Assembly (NCBI GenBank): GCA_002633005.1
Contig: NMRA01000092.1
Span: 521,710 to 585,709 of the forward strand
Length of the DNA: 64,000 nucleotides
DNA from: Phoronis australis
Taxonomy: Eukaryota > Animalia > Phoronida
Reading direction: 5' to 3'
Shown here: positions 1 to 13,532 of the stretch, one piece after another
Layout of the letters: every line of letters begins with the position of its first letter
Numbering within the stretch: position 1 is the first letter of the stretch
Program-made: the position numbers and the translations under genes
Notes under the pieces: model-generated
Database searches by the model: none
What the model was told of the DNA's origin: nothing
Seen by the model: the letters and a program-made list of their open reading frames with translations, nothing else

Positions 1-524
1 GCGATTCAGCGACGCATCAGTCGGCAAGTTTTCGCCCTGTGATGAGCACAATTTTTTGAAAAATTATCGTAATTTAACAACGGAAGTTGATAGCAATGCA
101 CCACAATTTTGTAGAAAGGCTGTCATAGGCTACAAATACGTCACAGAGCGTAAATTTGATGAATCCTAGCTTCCGATTTTACCCGTTTGGGAAACCGGGT
201 TTCAACTGCCGTAGGCTCACTACAATAAGCGTCCCCTCCCCGTGAAATGAATTTTTCTAAGCGTTTGTTTGAGCCAATACAGTATACACTTTCCACCAAG
301 GCTAGGTGATGCAAGACATTATTCTTTGTTGCATTATAGTAACTGGTCTTGGCCAATTATCATTTTATGGCCTGGTCATCCATTCAGCCAAAAGTAGTTC
401 CAGAGGTGGCTTATCAGCCAATTATTCACGCATGCTGACTCACAATAGAAGCCTGATAAGAGTGAAGGTGGATAAATGCGGTGTTCCTACAGTTTCTTGT
501 TTTAGTGGATGTGTTCACGACATG
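1..524 (+). mobile_element. Right-hand part of the CATG-ended non-autonomous element (cut by the window edge)
   Basis: Bases 1-524 are the near-identical reverse complement of 52608-53139 and end in ...GGATGTGTTCACGACATG, the same terminus as at 54357. Confidence 0.9.
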
Positions 525-739
525 TGTGCTATCCCAAATTACACATCGATAGAACTCCTATATCCTGGAGGTAAGAAAGCGCATTTTCATTGGCCTCGTT
601 TTGGAATGTCGGGCGCATTTTCTTAGGTAATTTTTTACAGGTCATGTCAGAACCTGTCAAGGAGTATAGCTGTGGAAATATCCCCTTATTGTAGCCGTTA
701 AAAAGTACCAGATTTGAAAAGGTTTCATCAAGAAAAGGG

Positions 740-896
740 ATTCTGTTCCATTCAAAGTTAACCCAACGAACTTGCTTTACCACTTGCGCTGCATTTTTGT
801 CTTTGATTGATATCAGGATGGTGTCTATTTGTCAAGTTTATCCAACTTTCTACTGTTGGAGTTGTAGGCCACAGCACAGCAGTAATACTTTGTTGA
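740..896 (-). pseudogene. Degenerate THAP zinc-finger remnant of a DNA transposon
   Basis: Minus strand reads STKYYCCAVAYNSNSRKLDKLDK*, then a frameshifted RKW/VKQVRWVNF. It is homologous to MPTKYYCCAVGCNSDMKKLDKMNK at 45114. The 27-nt stretch 869-895 is identical to 45084-45110. Confidence 0.65.
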
Positions 897-3404
897 CTTT
901 GCAATGCCAAACAGTGCAGCCGAGAAAAACTCATAGAGTACCGACATCAACAAAGAAAACGTGGAACTCCATAGCGGAAAACGGATATTTCAGCATAGTG
1001 CGTAAATGCAGCGATGTTCAAGTGTCGCTTTGTAATTCGGGACGGCCCTATTTACATACTTGGCTCTGGGGTGAATGGGTACAAATGAATAACCTTACTT
1101 GAACTGTTAATCACACTGGCTGTAAATAAGATTTGATGAAACATTATGTTCCCAGGTGTATTTTTATATATATATATATGGCCACTACATGCAGGTCCTT
1201 GTTAACAGTACGATTTTTATGATGAATAAAAAAACATGAGTGATGAGATTTTATATCTTTTTATTTGCCAGCTTATTGCTTATGCTAACGCTTGGTTAGG
1301 TTACAGAAATAAGTACGGGGGACGGCTTGACAGCAGCTCCTAGTACTCAGTGAAGTGATTAATGTTGTGATATACCGTAGTTATATGGTAATGATGAGGT
1401 ACACATCAACTGCTGTGGTAAGGTTTTGTTCATTTTAAACAACAATGATTTTCAAAGTTCCTCTTTTTTCAAAGGCTTCAAACACTGTTTCAAGTGCCCA
1501 TGATTTTTCAAAATATTGTTTGATGGTAGTTGTGGTATAGACTTTGAACGATGGAAAGCATCGTTTTGGTGCTACACGCTTTTTATGAAAAATGAGAAAA
1601 TGAAATTTCACTTGTCTCCCATGGTGAGATTTTATCATAGCTGTAGTGATTCTCCACTCATTTCACACAACAATAATCGCCAAATTCGCCATTTTTTAGC
1701 AAAGGTTGGTTACCTTGTTGTAATTATTAGAAACTTTCACAGATGTTGTTTTTTGACATGAACACAGTAAAAAAGAACAAGTTCATAATATCCTAAAATG
1801 TTCTTAATTTTTAATTTTGTTGAGAAAATTGACGAAATAAAATTTTCCTTATCGTCTTAATCGTGAGCTAAATAGATGATGAATAATTGTAAACAGAAGG
1901 TACTCCCACATTGTGGAGCAGGAGAATACTCTGCTAACATTGGGCAGTTTTTGTCTACAGTGAAGTTGGGCCACATTTTGCTCTATATATAGATTTACCC
2001 TGGACTAATTTTTCATTGCCTTACATACCATTTTGCCAGCTGTGTTATTTGATTGGTGCAAGACCCACATCTCTTTCAACATTACTAATAACCGTGCATT
2101 ATGAATAAAGGTATATCAATTGACATCCTTCAAATCTATTCAAGAATTGATATGCATCGGGTTGACAATGTTGCATCCATCCATTAACACATTTCTGCAG
2201 AGTATTTCATCGGCTTGCACACATTTCTACCAACTTCCTTATTGTTGTACATACGCTCTTCAAATTTTCTCTGTGGCTAGATTCTGCCTTCCTGTGTGAG
2301 CGTTTGATCACCAACACATATCTGCTAACATCTGTGTTTTGGCCATACAATCATTCTGTTTTCTGTAGTGCTCAGATCTCTTGCATGACTTGCCAACATT
2401 TTCATTGTGTGCTACTTTGCTATTTATAGAAAATTCACTTCCCTTTTATTGCTAACTGTTAATTGCAGACTTCATTGTTAGCAACCATTCAATATAGTCA
2501 TGATATATTAACTTGTAATGCTAAGGATGCAGTAAAATCTAACCAATTTAGGACACAATGTGGACCACAAACAAACTTTTATTTTATCCTTTTGCCAGGC
2601 AATGCACACCGCACTGTGTTCAAGTTTTGCTAGGCAGCTACCATCTTATTAAGTTAAGAAAAATTTGTGAACAGCCACAACGGTACTAGAAAGATTTAGA
2701 AAGGGTAATTTTGGCAATTAATTTTGTCCATGATTGAGATTTTACCATAACATAATCGTAAATGAGTTTAATATTACTATACTAGATATTTAACATGTTT
2801 TAATGCTATTTTCAACAAATCACGATCGCAGCCACTTGAATGATTATTTTGGAACATGCACACATAGACATCTGGGTTATATATATATACTGCTAACTTC
2901 TTCGATGGATCCCAGTTCCTTCGTGATTTGAGAATGAGATTCCCTCCAACTTTTGAGTCCATCACAGTTTTGCTCTTGATTGTGTTTGTATCACTCGCAG
3001 TGTCTGAGCTCTGTTCCCGCTGGCTGATCTTTTAGCAATAAGGTAGCCTGCAATATCAAGTCAATTAAGCAACATCTAGATTTGGGGCCTATTAGTCCAA
3101 TTATACATTACAATTTCTGTAATAAATATTTTAAAATTCAGCATCCAGAAATCTTTTAAGACTTCTGCTAAGATGCTGAACATGATGTTATAAGAACAGT
3201 CTATTCTGCAAATGCTCAGAAATTTAAATCTTTGGCAATGTCTGCCAGAGTGAACATGAAGGTGGTATACATTGTGAAAGTACCTACCTGCGCACCACTG
3301 CCTCAACAGAAAATCTGTGGACATTACTCAATGTGCCAATTAATTAACTCTGTCTAGTGGAACTAAGTCATTACCAGCCATAATGCAATATGAACATAAA
3401 ATGA

Positions 3405-3624
3405 GGAGACAGTCTGGCTCAGTGGTTTGAGCTTCGGACTCCCATGTGGGAGAACTGGGTTCGAATCCTGGCTTTACTGGCTGGCAATCGAGCTTTGCAT
3501 AAAGATGTCCTCTACTCTTCTGAGCTTGGTCTTACTAGTGAGTGTATGCAAGGGAGTGAATGAGAACCTGGATATAATGCGAAAGTGATTTCGGGGGCTG
3601 TGTTAAAACAAAACAAAACAAAAC
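3405..3624 (+). mobile_element. tRNA-derived SINE
   Basis: Pol III A box TGGCTCAGTGG (3415-3425), B box GGTTCGAATCC (3458-3468), (ACAAA)n 3' tail, and a candidate 7-bp TSD AAAATGA at 3398-3404 and 3625-3631. Confidence 0.8.
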
Positions 3625-6600
3625 AAAATGACTTAGATCATGAATTGTAAGTTACTGGATCAGCTTCACTATTCAGCAGTAGTGATCTGGCAGTTCTTTG
3701 CATGCTGAAAAATCACTCAAGGCCCTCGCTCGTCTTAAGGGGAGACTTGTGCCTGTACCTTCTGAGAGCGTAATGTATTCAGGGAATTTTTTGTTCACCA
3801 GGGGAAAATCCCCATCCTCGTCCATGGTCGCCACCCATCATCAACAATGCCTCAACTAGCGAAAACATATTCAGTTGCTTTGTATAAATGATTCTAGCCT
3901 TGATGGGAAGTTTATGGGCTTAATGAGGGAAATTTCACAATTTTTAAATATTTTTGTCATGGGGCTGGCATCGAGGTCTCTATCACTTCTATTCCAAACG
4001 AAGTTGAGACCATTTTATGGTGGTAAGTAGTCTTAATTCATAAGTTGTTTTCATGTAAAAAGTCACTGAAGTTGGGTGCCACAGCAGTTTTTGTATGAAT
4101 GCAGTTAGTGAGTGCTGTGAAATGTGAATTAAAGACTTGACATTTGTGCGAATAGCTCAATTAAATTATCTTCACTGAAGCATATACTAAGTGAACATCG
4201 ATCTCCTTTATATAGTCAAGTTATGCTCTATAATTAATGAAAAAACATTTAGAAATGGGGTGGTAACCTTTGTAGTTATCACTAGTCCTTTTAGCATTGA
4301 GGTTAAGAACTGTCCCTGAGGGCTATCTAGTTGTTACAAACCTCACGACTGGAACCAATGTACGCGTTTGTATTACCGTATTTACCTCTGGTACAAGCGA
4401 AATTCAGTTGGCACTCTTCTGAGAAGGCCCAATATGTGCATTCTTACATGATTCACTTTGATCTAAAATAGCTAAAAATGAAGTCTCAGTGATCTCATAA
4501 CTTTGTTTTTATGCAAAGTAAGGCAAGCACAAAAATACAAAGGAAAAAATCAATGATGTAACTTTTAGTGAAGAATCCCAAATTCGAAAATTTGAGGTGC
4601 TCAAAATCCTGAAAAAGTGTGCACATAAGTAAATCAGTAAACTGGATAATATAATTAAAGTGGTCACAACATAAAACTAATATCGTGAAATGAAATTAAT
4701 CCATTTTTGAAAGGGTTTCCATTATTCTTTTAATTAGATGTGTCATTATACAAATCTTGACATTGATCATTATTTTACTTTGTAAATGTCCACCTCAGTC
4801 GGAAAAGTGCTGTAAACTGGTACCATGTGAAATGTTTGAAGTCAGTCTTTTGGCACAGTCTGTTTTCTGCTTTTCGTGCAGGGTGCATTGAGATTCAAGT
4901 CCAAATAAATAAATGGGACATGTACTTCTTATAACTTTGATACAGACTTCCTTATTGGCAAGCAGTACAATTGTGAATCAAGCAAAAAATCTAAAGGCTA
5001 TTTCATACCAATTTAACCCTAATCCTAAAGGAGTGGTTAATATTTGAAAAAATCAAATAATACTACAGCATGTGCTGTTGTGATTGAAAGTGACAGCTGC
5101 CAATAACACCAAAGTTAATCTTTCATATTGCATCCAAGCATGGACATTCCACTGTTTGAAGTTATGTTGCACTCTTAACATTGATCCAAGACTAAAATTA
5201 GCGGTTCATAACTGGCGACATTCCCCACACATGGACACAAAGACTGTGCAGTGATTCTACTTGTTTGAATGGGACGTGGTGGTGGTGTCGTATGTGGAAC
5301 GGACAACACATTTACCTGATAATACTGTGTGCAGATATTAGGATACAATTATAGTCCAGAATGTTTAAATTGCAATTTTTGCTTTCGAAAAATATGGACC
5401 TGTAGTCTTCATTCATGCTGAGTAATATCGGGGTGGATGTAGAAGTGTGTACCTTCATCACCATATCAGTCATTACATCAACATGTATGCCATTTCTTAA
5501 TCAAGTGGTATGACAGATTATGTCAGTTTTAGACAGATGAAAGTGCAATAATACCTGGTGTCCAACTGAATACATTTCAATTCTTTTTGAAAAGAACAAA
5601 ATGATAAAATTTATTGCTTTCATTCCTGTTTTCGTGTTGAGTGAACATAGACATCAACCCTTTATGAACGTTGCTTGTAAAATTTTAAAAAATATGTTGT
5701 TTTCAGAGAGAGTCTATGGGATGATTGTCAGAGGCAAACTTACAAAAGGGAGACCTGTATATTAAAAATGCAAGTCGAGCATTTTTAAAACACAGAAGTG
5801 CTCTGACTTGCATAATTACGAAAGTCTCCAGTTATGGCCATAAAGACTTTGGGTGTCATAAAATCCACAAGCAACAGTACAGCTGACATTAATCTTTTCC
5901 TTTGGTTACTTTTTAGAATGAATTTTATCTATGTTTTAGAAATAATAAACCAATGAGGACCAAATATATCATGGTGCTCTTATTGTTGAGTGTGGCTCTG
6001 GTAACCAAGGTTACTGGTTCCCAAAAGTCAGTAACTCCACTATCAACAGCATGATATCAACAAGTGGTCTGGGGCTAATTCCTGTCCCGGAACTTGTGAT
6101 TGGCCGTTTAAACATTTATTTTTAAAATCTGTTAGGTAAAACAACATTCAGGGGAAGTAGGAAGTGAAAAACAGCAGCATTTACATAACAATGTTTATCT
6201 CAGAGTCCTCATGTTGTCTGGTCTTCACTATCAAGTTGTTCATACTTTATTTACATTTTATACATAAGAAATATTCTACAGAGACTAAACTCACCTGCCT
6301 TTGTTTCAAAACCAGTGCATTGTATAAAGACCAAAAACAAAGTATTTAAGTAGACATAAGCCCACATTCTTCCCAAGAAACTGAATTTTGATTTTGACCA
6401 GTTACCACTTAAAAATTGGTGTCAACAACTTCTTTATGCAGATGAGTGATTTTGGTCTTGCGAAGTAGGACAGGTCTTTATTGCTTGAGACCATGCTTGT
6501 CCAATGATGTGACACCTTGTGCAACTTGTAGAGCACGGCTTCGACCAATAACCTTTTCAAGCCCAGAAATAACACATATTTTGACTCAGGAAACATGTGA

Positions 6601-9600
6601 GACCGATTTCGTAATGATAATTGGTCTAACTCAAAAGAAATTTTCACGGTAGGCGGGTTCATGGCTGCTTTAACTGGTCCTTTAAATACTCAGACATTTC
6701 AAAATACCTGAAAATGGAGTACAATACAGTGAAGCACAAAGTTTCCAACTCGCTCGAACTCCAGTCATACAAGGCTGACTAAACCAACCATCAAGAGCAT
6801 AAGAAGCAAACTGAATGTCCGCCAATGTGGCATTTAGACTTGAGTAGGATCTGGACAGACGTTTACCACTGACCACAGTACATGCCATACTAGATGTAAA
6901 TGAAAACAGTGATATACTAACAACCTTATCCCAGCTGACTACAAACTACAAAGTTACCCATGGGTTAAATGAATACAACAAACTGAACAGTTCTGACAAA
7001 ACCATTGATCTACATAACTTGTGGCATAATAAGTTACTGGAGCTAACCAGTTTGGTGTGATCTGAGTTAAGCCGTTTCAAAACTTCCTCACTGATGGCAT
7101 TATGAAGGCCAGGTAAAAAGTAAACATTTTTCCTTCCCACTCTCTCTTGAAAGACACGTCATCCTAATTTTTTTATTTAAAGAATTTCTGTTGGCAAGTG
7201 TCAGAAAAAAGCATTGGTACAGAGCATTTTCATTTCACTAGGCAGTGGGGTTTTCCTAAGCATTGTTAGCCAATTCAAGGTTTAACAAGAATTGCACTCT
7301 GACATAGCAGGTCGATTTTCACGTGGCACAAATAGAAGAATATATCATTCAAACAGTATCACATGACCCATGTTGCCTGTATTTAACTTTTAAACAGTAA
7401 ACGTGTGTTCTCGAAACTACAGCAAAATAAACTTGTGCCACAGAATGAAAGCCTGTTGACTGACTTTGAGTCTTTGTAAGCATCATTTCCAACAGCATGA
7501 CTGCACCCAGAAGCTGGTTTGTATAGTTACAGGATATGATATCGTCAGGGACGCAAGGACAAGCGTGACTCAAAATTGCTTAGTTTCGAAATTTGAAACT
7601 GTGCCATTACTGTCTTGAAACTAAGACAAAACAAAAAAATATTTCTAGGGGCCCTTTAGAAATGCGTTTAATGTCTGTTTGCAGCAAGTCATATGTCCTA
7701 GTATGCCATGCTATTAAGGGATAGTGGTGGTTGACCTCCCACTCTGTCTTACCCTTGTGCACAATACATGTTCTTCCAGACATGGTTAATCACAGACAAT
7801 TGGTTAATGCAGACTTATTTCTCATTTACACAGCTTTTTTCTGTCATTATTTGGCAGTAGAATGAACTAAATAACGTAGTGGTCTCAACGCCATCTGTTG
7901 ATGCATCCAGGAATTGATTGCTTCAACTGCCCTAATGTCACCCCATCTAACCGCTTTTGTGCTGCACTTTCTGCTCCAATTCTGACTTTAGAAAGTAGTC
8001 AGTCCTTTTCTGTCAGTGTCTTCAATAAGGTGAAGTTTGACATAGCAGAAGAGGATGCGGTATTAGTTTTTATTTGCAGTCTTTATGTGAATGCAGGACA
8101 GTAAAGCAGATTTTGTCATGCAAGTCTGAAACACTTCCGATGACGTCATCTAATAAAAATGAAAATCAACATCTCCCCCGCCATGCCTCAGTCTAGACAA
8201 GCCGCAGATGATTAGCATGTAAGCGTTTTTATTTTTTTACCTGGCCTATGGTGTCAATGAATTTGGCTACAGAACAGTCATACTTGATTTCTTAAGGTTC
8301 CGTACTGAAATTTTTAGACAGATTATGTCTACCCCATCTTCATAAATTATTGGTAGTTCAACATTTTCGAAGATGGACCCGTGATCACAACATTTTTATG
8401 ACAGGAATGGTGTTTCTTTCTGAACTGAACATTCGTTTGAAAGTCGCCTGTAACTATCGCTCCTTTATGATGATTTTTCCAAATTTTTAAATATTTATAT
8501 CGTTTTAGAATTTCGAGCAAAGCCCCTGTTATCATGCTCAATAGCACAACCTTATTCTTCTGTTGATATTCACTTAAAGATGTGGTTGTAATACAATCAG
8601 TTAAGCAGCCAAATACTAATTATAAATGAATGATTAATTTTAGAATGTTTTCTTTTGGTGCTTTTAGTTTGAGTGTGTTCGGAATTCCATATCTTGGAAG
8701 GGAAGGTGCTTGCCTAATCTAAGTATTTCGAGGTTGAATCCCACGCTTGGAATTTGCATTTAAGTGCCAATGATAGGCCTACTCTATGTTGGAAGTCACT
8801 CATATAGCAGTTGCTGATAAATTTCTGTATTTTGTCTTCAATGGCCTTTTTATCAAGTGGCTCATGAACATTCCGAACATTGGGATGTCAGCTATTAAAA
8901 AACATGTTGCCTGACTTGTGTGATTGGACTTACTAATTCCAGTACATTTCTGCAGAAATTCAAATTTTGAGAATAAATCCTTGATGAAATTGGGATGGTA
9001 GATTTACTAGATGCTGAGAGGTTCAACTCAGATATCATTGCATTCTTTTGATATTTTGGATTTTGGTCTTTGTTTTCTATGAAGTGTAGGTCGCCGACTT
9101 ATTTTTTCTGTATCAGATTTTGAGTTCTTCGAATGTTTGCGTTTTGGCAAGTTGCTCTATGTTGTATGACAATGACTGCTTTTTGGCTCTTTGGAAAACT
9201 GTGCCAAGCCCCCTTAAAATGATACACAATGATACATTGAAATATATTTTTTGAAACAAGGTTCAGATTTAGTGTGTATGTATAGGTTTTTAGTCTGATT
9301 ATGTGACTTTTTAGTTTGAAATGAAGTTGTATTATATTTTCAATCAATTTCCAAATTTTTTATGTATTGGCAGTGAAAACGAGAGAGGTTATCAAAAATT
9401 GCGCTGTTATCAAGCTCATTCTAAGAAAAGACATTACAAATTTCCTCTACTTGCTGTGTAGTTGTTCACAACTTTTTCCACGATGATACTTCACTAACAT
9501 TGAACGGTTTATTTTCTCCTATTTTCTTAATTTTTCCCGAATTGCCAGACTCCTTGGATCACCACGCCTTACTTATAGTAAGGATTCTGAAATGTAGAAC

Positions 9601-11832
9601 ATTATCTAAAAACCTCTCCACAGCAATAATGTTTTAAACAAATGTTACTTTTTTGTTGACATTTTTTGTGGTATAGCTGTCATCAAATGCAGAAAATGTA
9701 AAAGCTTCTGAATAATAGAGGAAATAGTGCTTGAGATATATTCTAATGGAACATAATCGATACTTCGCTCATCATAGACCACTTATGAGAAACAGTCCCG
9801 TGTGTTCTATGGGATTGGTTTGAAAGAAGGGTTGCTGCCAACCTATACTGGTATTGAAGTTAATACAATCGTGCCATATTAGAAAGCTGTAGGAATGCAC
9901 ATCAATTTTTTGTTACCTGGTGCTGTAATTGGAGTTGTATCAAATTTGTTTGACTTTTATTTTTGGTGACGTTTGTATCATTTTTTTGTGAAATGGTATA
10001 AATTAGAAAAAAAGTTTTGTATCCCCTAAGAAAGAGAGCGTGAAATTCGTGCCATTCAACATAGTTAATTTGTATGCTGAAAAAAGAAAAAAATTTAAGA
10101 GTAAAAACAAAATAGTTTGAGCAAAACGATGCATGCCCCGACAAGGAAATGAGGAAAATGAAATATCGTAACTGAGGACCTATCCATCTCGGTGAGGCTA
10201 ACGATGGTAATGTGATTCAGCGGCTTTCACCATGCAATATATCAATTATTAGTTATGTTTCATTGGTTTCCTTAATTATTACAAGTTAACGTGTTCTTGC
10301 AATCCTTGGCAAAGCAGACCTCACATCCCAGTTATTGGGAGCATTGTTTAGCTAGTTCAGACACCAGCGCTTTTTAAATCAGGTAATAATAAATACAGGT
10401 GATAATAATGGGCAGGAATTATAGGCAGAACATCTCATCCCACGCCAGGGTTGACAATGACCGTACTGTGGGGTTCGAGTTTTGCAGGGATGGTGGTGAG
10501 TAATACAGTGTAACACCGTGACATTTCCACATGCTAGGGTAGGTGACGACAGTCTTGTCAATAAAGGTTGTGGGGTTACAACATTATTGTGTGAATTTGA
10601 AATCGGGGAATTATAATAAGGATTTCTTTTTTGGGATACTGAAAATTAAGTTACTGTTTTCAGATTCCATGATTTCTAAACAATGATACTTGACCAGCAG
10701 AAAATAAAAATTTACTGTACAGTCAATGTCTGGAAATTCTTTCATAAGAAAGATGCTCTTTACCTGTGTTAACATTTGTGAACACCATGCCATTTTCTGG
10801 CAAAATTCCGTTTTGTGTGATTGACCAATGCATCATAAATTAAGGAATTTTAATTTTCACGAGATGGCATCACATTTTTCACGGCAATACTTTAAAAGGT
10901 TTGTGGGAAAATAAAACAACCCCAAAGCTTGCATAAGAAGATAAATTGTAGAGTATATTAACACTGTCATAATGAATATTGATGAATATAATTAAATAAT
11001 TTTTGCCATATATCAAAATGTCATGAAGTTGATCTGTGTATACACTGCTCTCTGTTATGTATTGGTGAATCTAGTTAAACTTCTTGTGTTTTGTCATTGA
11101 AAAAATCCTCATCAAGGAACCTGTATTTCAAATTTCAACTTCAAAGCGTGTTTGTAATAAATTATATTATGATCTCGAGTCCATTTTTCCTTGACTAAAG
11201 TCAGCTCTTGAGAATGAGAGTTATTTTTTACAAATGCGAAATTTCAGAATTAACAATGGGACTTGCTGCTTTTCCAAAAGAATTTGAGTTTGTTTAGTTT
11301 GTTGAAGTGTTGAGTTAAAAGTAAATTACACAAGAGATGATCCAGGCAAGGCCACAGGTCAGATTAATATACAGAAAAGATCACAGAAAAGAAGATAGTA
11401 CAGAATTCTATCTATTCCACCAAGAAGTTCTGGTAACTTAGGTTACAACAAGACATGCATGTATTGACTCACATCGGGTCAACAAACGTTCTTTAATTTA
11501 GCACATAACACCACAAGCAAAATTAATTCTATTTTGTCATGAATTATTGAACCAAAATAAATGTGCATAAAACTTTCATTTCTTCATTTGCTTGGCTTGG
11601 TATGTGTCTAACAGGCAATAGAAATCACACGGTAAAATCTTGAGCACTTGCAGCTTCAAACCTTTAAAAAAATTTTCTTGATTTTCTATTGTCTGTAAAT
11701 AAAGAATGTTTATGATACATTCTAAAATTATAACCACCTTGTCCAAGCACAGCTTTACCCCCAACGGAAGGAAAGTTTTGCATCAAATCTCTAGTACAAT
11801 AAGGCTATAACGTAAGTTCACAACATTCAGTT

Positions 11833-13047
11833 TCATGCGGGATCTCCATTATTATTCAACATTTTTGTCATCTCCGTAGAGACGGATGCACTGATGTCGG
11901 CACTTACTCCATTTGTTTTCTGCGATGACTGCCGCCGGTAGGGAGGCTTGGGTAGCCACTTGCAGAAAATGTTGGCAAATGTCTGCCGGAACTGTCGGCT
12001 CATGGTGCAGTAGAGAACGAAGTTTACCGAGTTGTTAAGAAGTGCTAGGATGTCCATAAGGTCTCCTAGTGGCGTGTAGATCTGTTCAAAGAACCCGGGT
12101 TGCGTGCCGCTGAGAATGGTGAATATACCTTGAGGCAACTCGGTGATCAGAAATAGTACGACGACAGCCAGCAACATACCCGTCGTCCTATTGGTCTCCT
12201 GTTGGCGGTTACTCTCGTCTTTCTTACCCTGCGACTTGAGTTTCATGCGTCGTTTGTTGGCCTGGTGCATGGTGTGAACCAGTAGTACTGTGAGAATAGT
12301 CAGCAATGTGCATGGCACCAGTTTAAACAGTGTTGCCTGAATCCAGTAGTTGGCATTAGGCAGCGCGGGGTGTTCCATGGCCAGCTGACTGTATTCCACA
12401 GTGTAAACTGTCTGTCCATTGCATCCAAGAAGTACGGCACCGTTACTTAGATAGTTGGGGACCGCTGTCACAGTGACTGCTGCGATTGTGCTTACAACAG
12501 CAATCTTAGCGCGAGTCATAGAACAGAGCTGTGGCCCTTTCGTGGGGAGCAAAATGTAGAGAACACGGAATACTGCCAAGTCTATAGTCAGCCATATTGC
12601 GCAGGTGTGAAAAACGACTGATGTATGGCTGAATATCAGCAGGTATAAGTTCCAGTGCTGGCTATGACTGACCATTGGCCTCAGGCTGCTGTCATGTAGA
12701 ATAAAAAAGTAAATTGAGAATGGTAGATAGACGACCATTGTTAGGAAGTCGGCGACCGCAAGCCACATGAGGATCAGATTGACAGACGAGCGCATGTTCT
12801 TGCGAGTAAGAACGACAATGTTGGCCACGTTGGATAGAATACCAAAGATGGACACCAACATACTGAAATAGCCATGGGCGCTACCGTAGGCATAGTAGAA
12901 ATTCTTCAACGCCGGGTGGTAGCTATCATTTTCTTGACTACAGCCGGACATGTCAGGTCCTACAGTTGCAAACTCACTGCTGTCAGAATGGCCATTGTTC
13001 ACAAATAACCAGGAGTCATTGTCTGCAGGTCGTGCCATGTATTCCAT
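11833..13047 (-). CDS. Class A neuropeptide GPCR, myosuppressin/DMSR-1 (myomodulin receptor-like) group; coding region without introns
   Basis: 404-aa ORF with seven hydrophobic segments and family motifs: HGYxSxxVxxFGxxxN (TM1), LAVAD (TM2), HTxxIWLTxxLAxFR (TM3), FKLVPC (TM5), RTTxMLLAVxxLFLITELPQG (TM6), LGDxMDILALLNxSxNFVLYCxMSRQFRxTF (TM7/H8). GC content is higher than in the flanks. Confidence 0.93.
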   Translation of the reverse strand: MEYMARPADNDSWLFVNNGHSDSSEFATVGPDMSGCSQENDSYHPALKNFYYAYGSAHGYFSMLVSIFGILSNVANIVVLTRKNMRSSVNLILMWLAVADFLTMVVYLPFSIYFFILHDSSLRPMVSHSQHWNLYLLIFSHTSVVFHTCAIWLTIDLAVFRVLYILLPTKGPQLCSMTRAKIAVVSTIAAVTVTAVPNYLSNGAVLLGCNGQTVYTVEYSQLAMEHPALPNANYWIQATLFKLVPCTLLTILTVLLVHTMHQANKRRMKLKSQGKKDESNRQQETNRTTGMLLAVVVLFLITELPQGIFTILSGTQPGFFEQIYTPLGDLMDILALLNNSVNFVLYCTMSRQFRQTFANIFCKWLPKPPYRRQSSQKTNGVSADISASVSTEMTKMLNNNGDPA

Positions 13048-13122
13048 CTTTGTGGTGATTATCCTTTGCCAACTTCGTCTACTACTGGGTTCTTCTTATG
13101 GATAACCCGATAAGTTCGGTCT

Positions 13123-13140
13123 CTACAAATAGAACAACTA
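13123..13140 (-). promoter_or_regulatory. Candidate 3' splice acceptor for the GPCR coding exon
   Basis: Minus strand reads TAGTTGTTCTATTTGTAG|AGACCG, a pyrimidine-rich tract plus AG, about 75 nt upstream of the ATG at 13047. Confidence 0.45.
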
Positions 13141-13532
13141 GCTCCTGTTAAAGCTATATAATGCACCATCTTATAACCAATGCAATGGCGCCTTTAAGAA
13201 GTTTCTTAAAGACAGTAATTTTATGATTGATAATTGGATTTATTACTATTTTAGAATTTTATGTCGTGCCAATCTTTGATTGGTCGTTGACGTTTTTTTT
13301 GAAAAGATGAATTTGATCAAAATTCGGAGTTTTCATTTTGATCCCACCTCTGAAAATCTTTTTTCCTATGCTAAACACTCTTGAATGGTAACTGACTGTA
13401 AGGAACCCAGGATAACTCATTCTTAAACAGAAATTTGGCCTATTGTCATAGCGTTACACAAAGAAATTCATCAGAATGAACATATTCAATTTGCTTTTTT
13501 GCTCAGGGATGCACTGAACATTTAAGCAACGC

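Noticed and set aside
3405-3475. Functional tRNA gene
   Set aside because: No proper acceptor stem or oligo-T terminator; it continues into a SINE body with a tail and TSD.
6446-6468. DFGLAK kinase motif on the plus strand
   Set aside because: It is followed immediately by a stop, with no HRD or APE motifs nearby; most likely chance.
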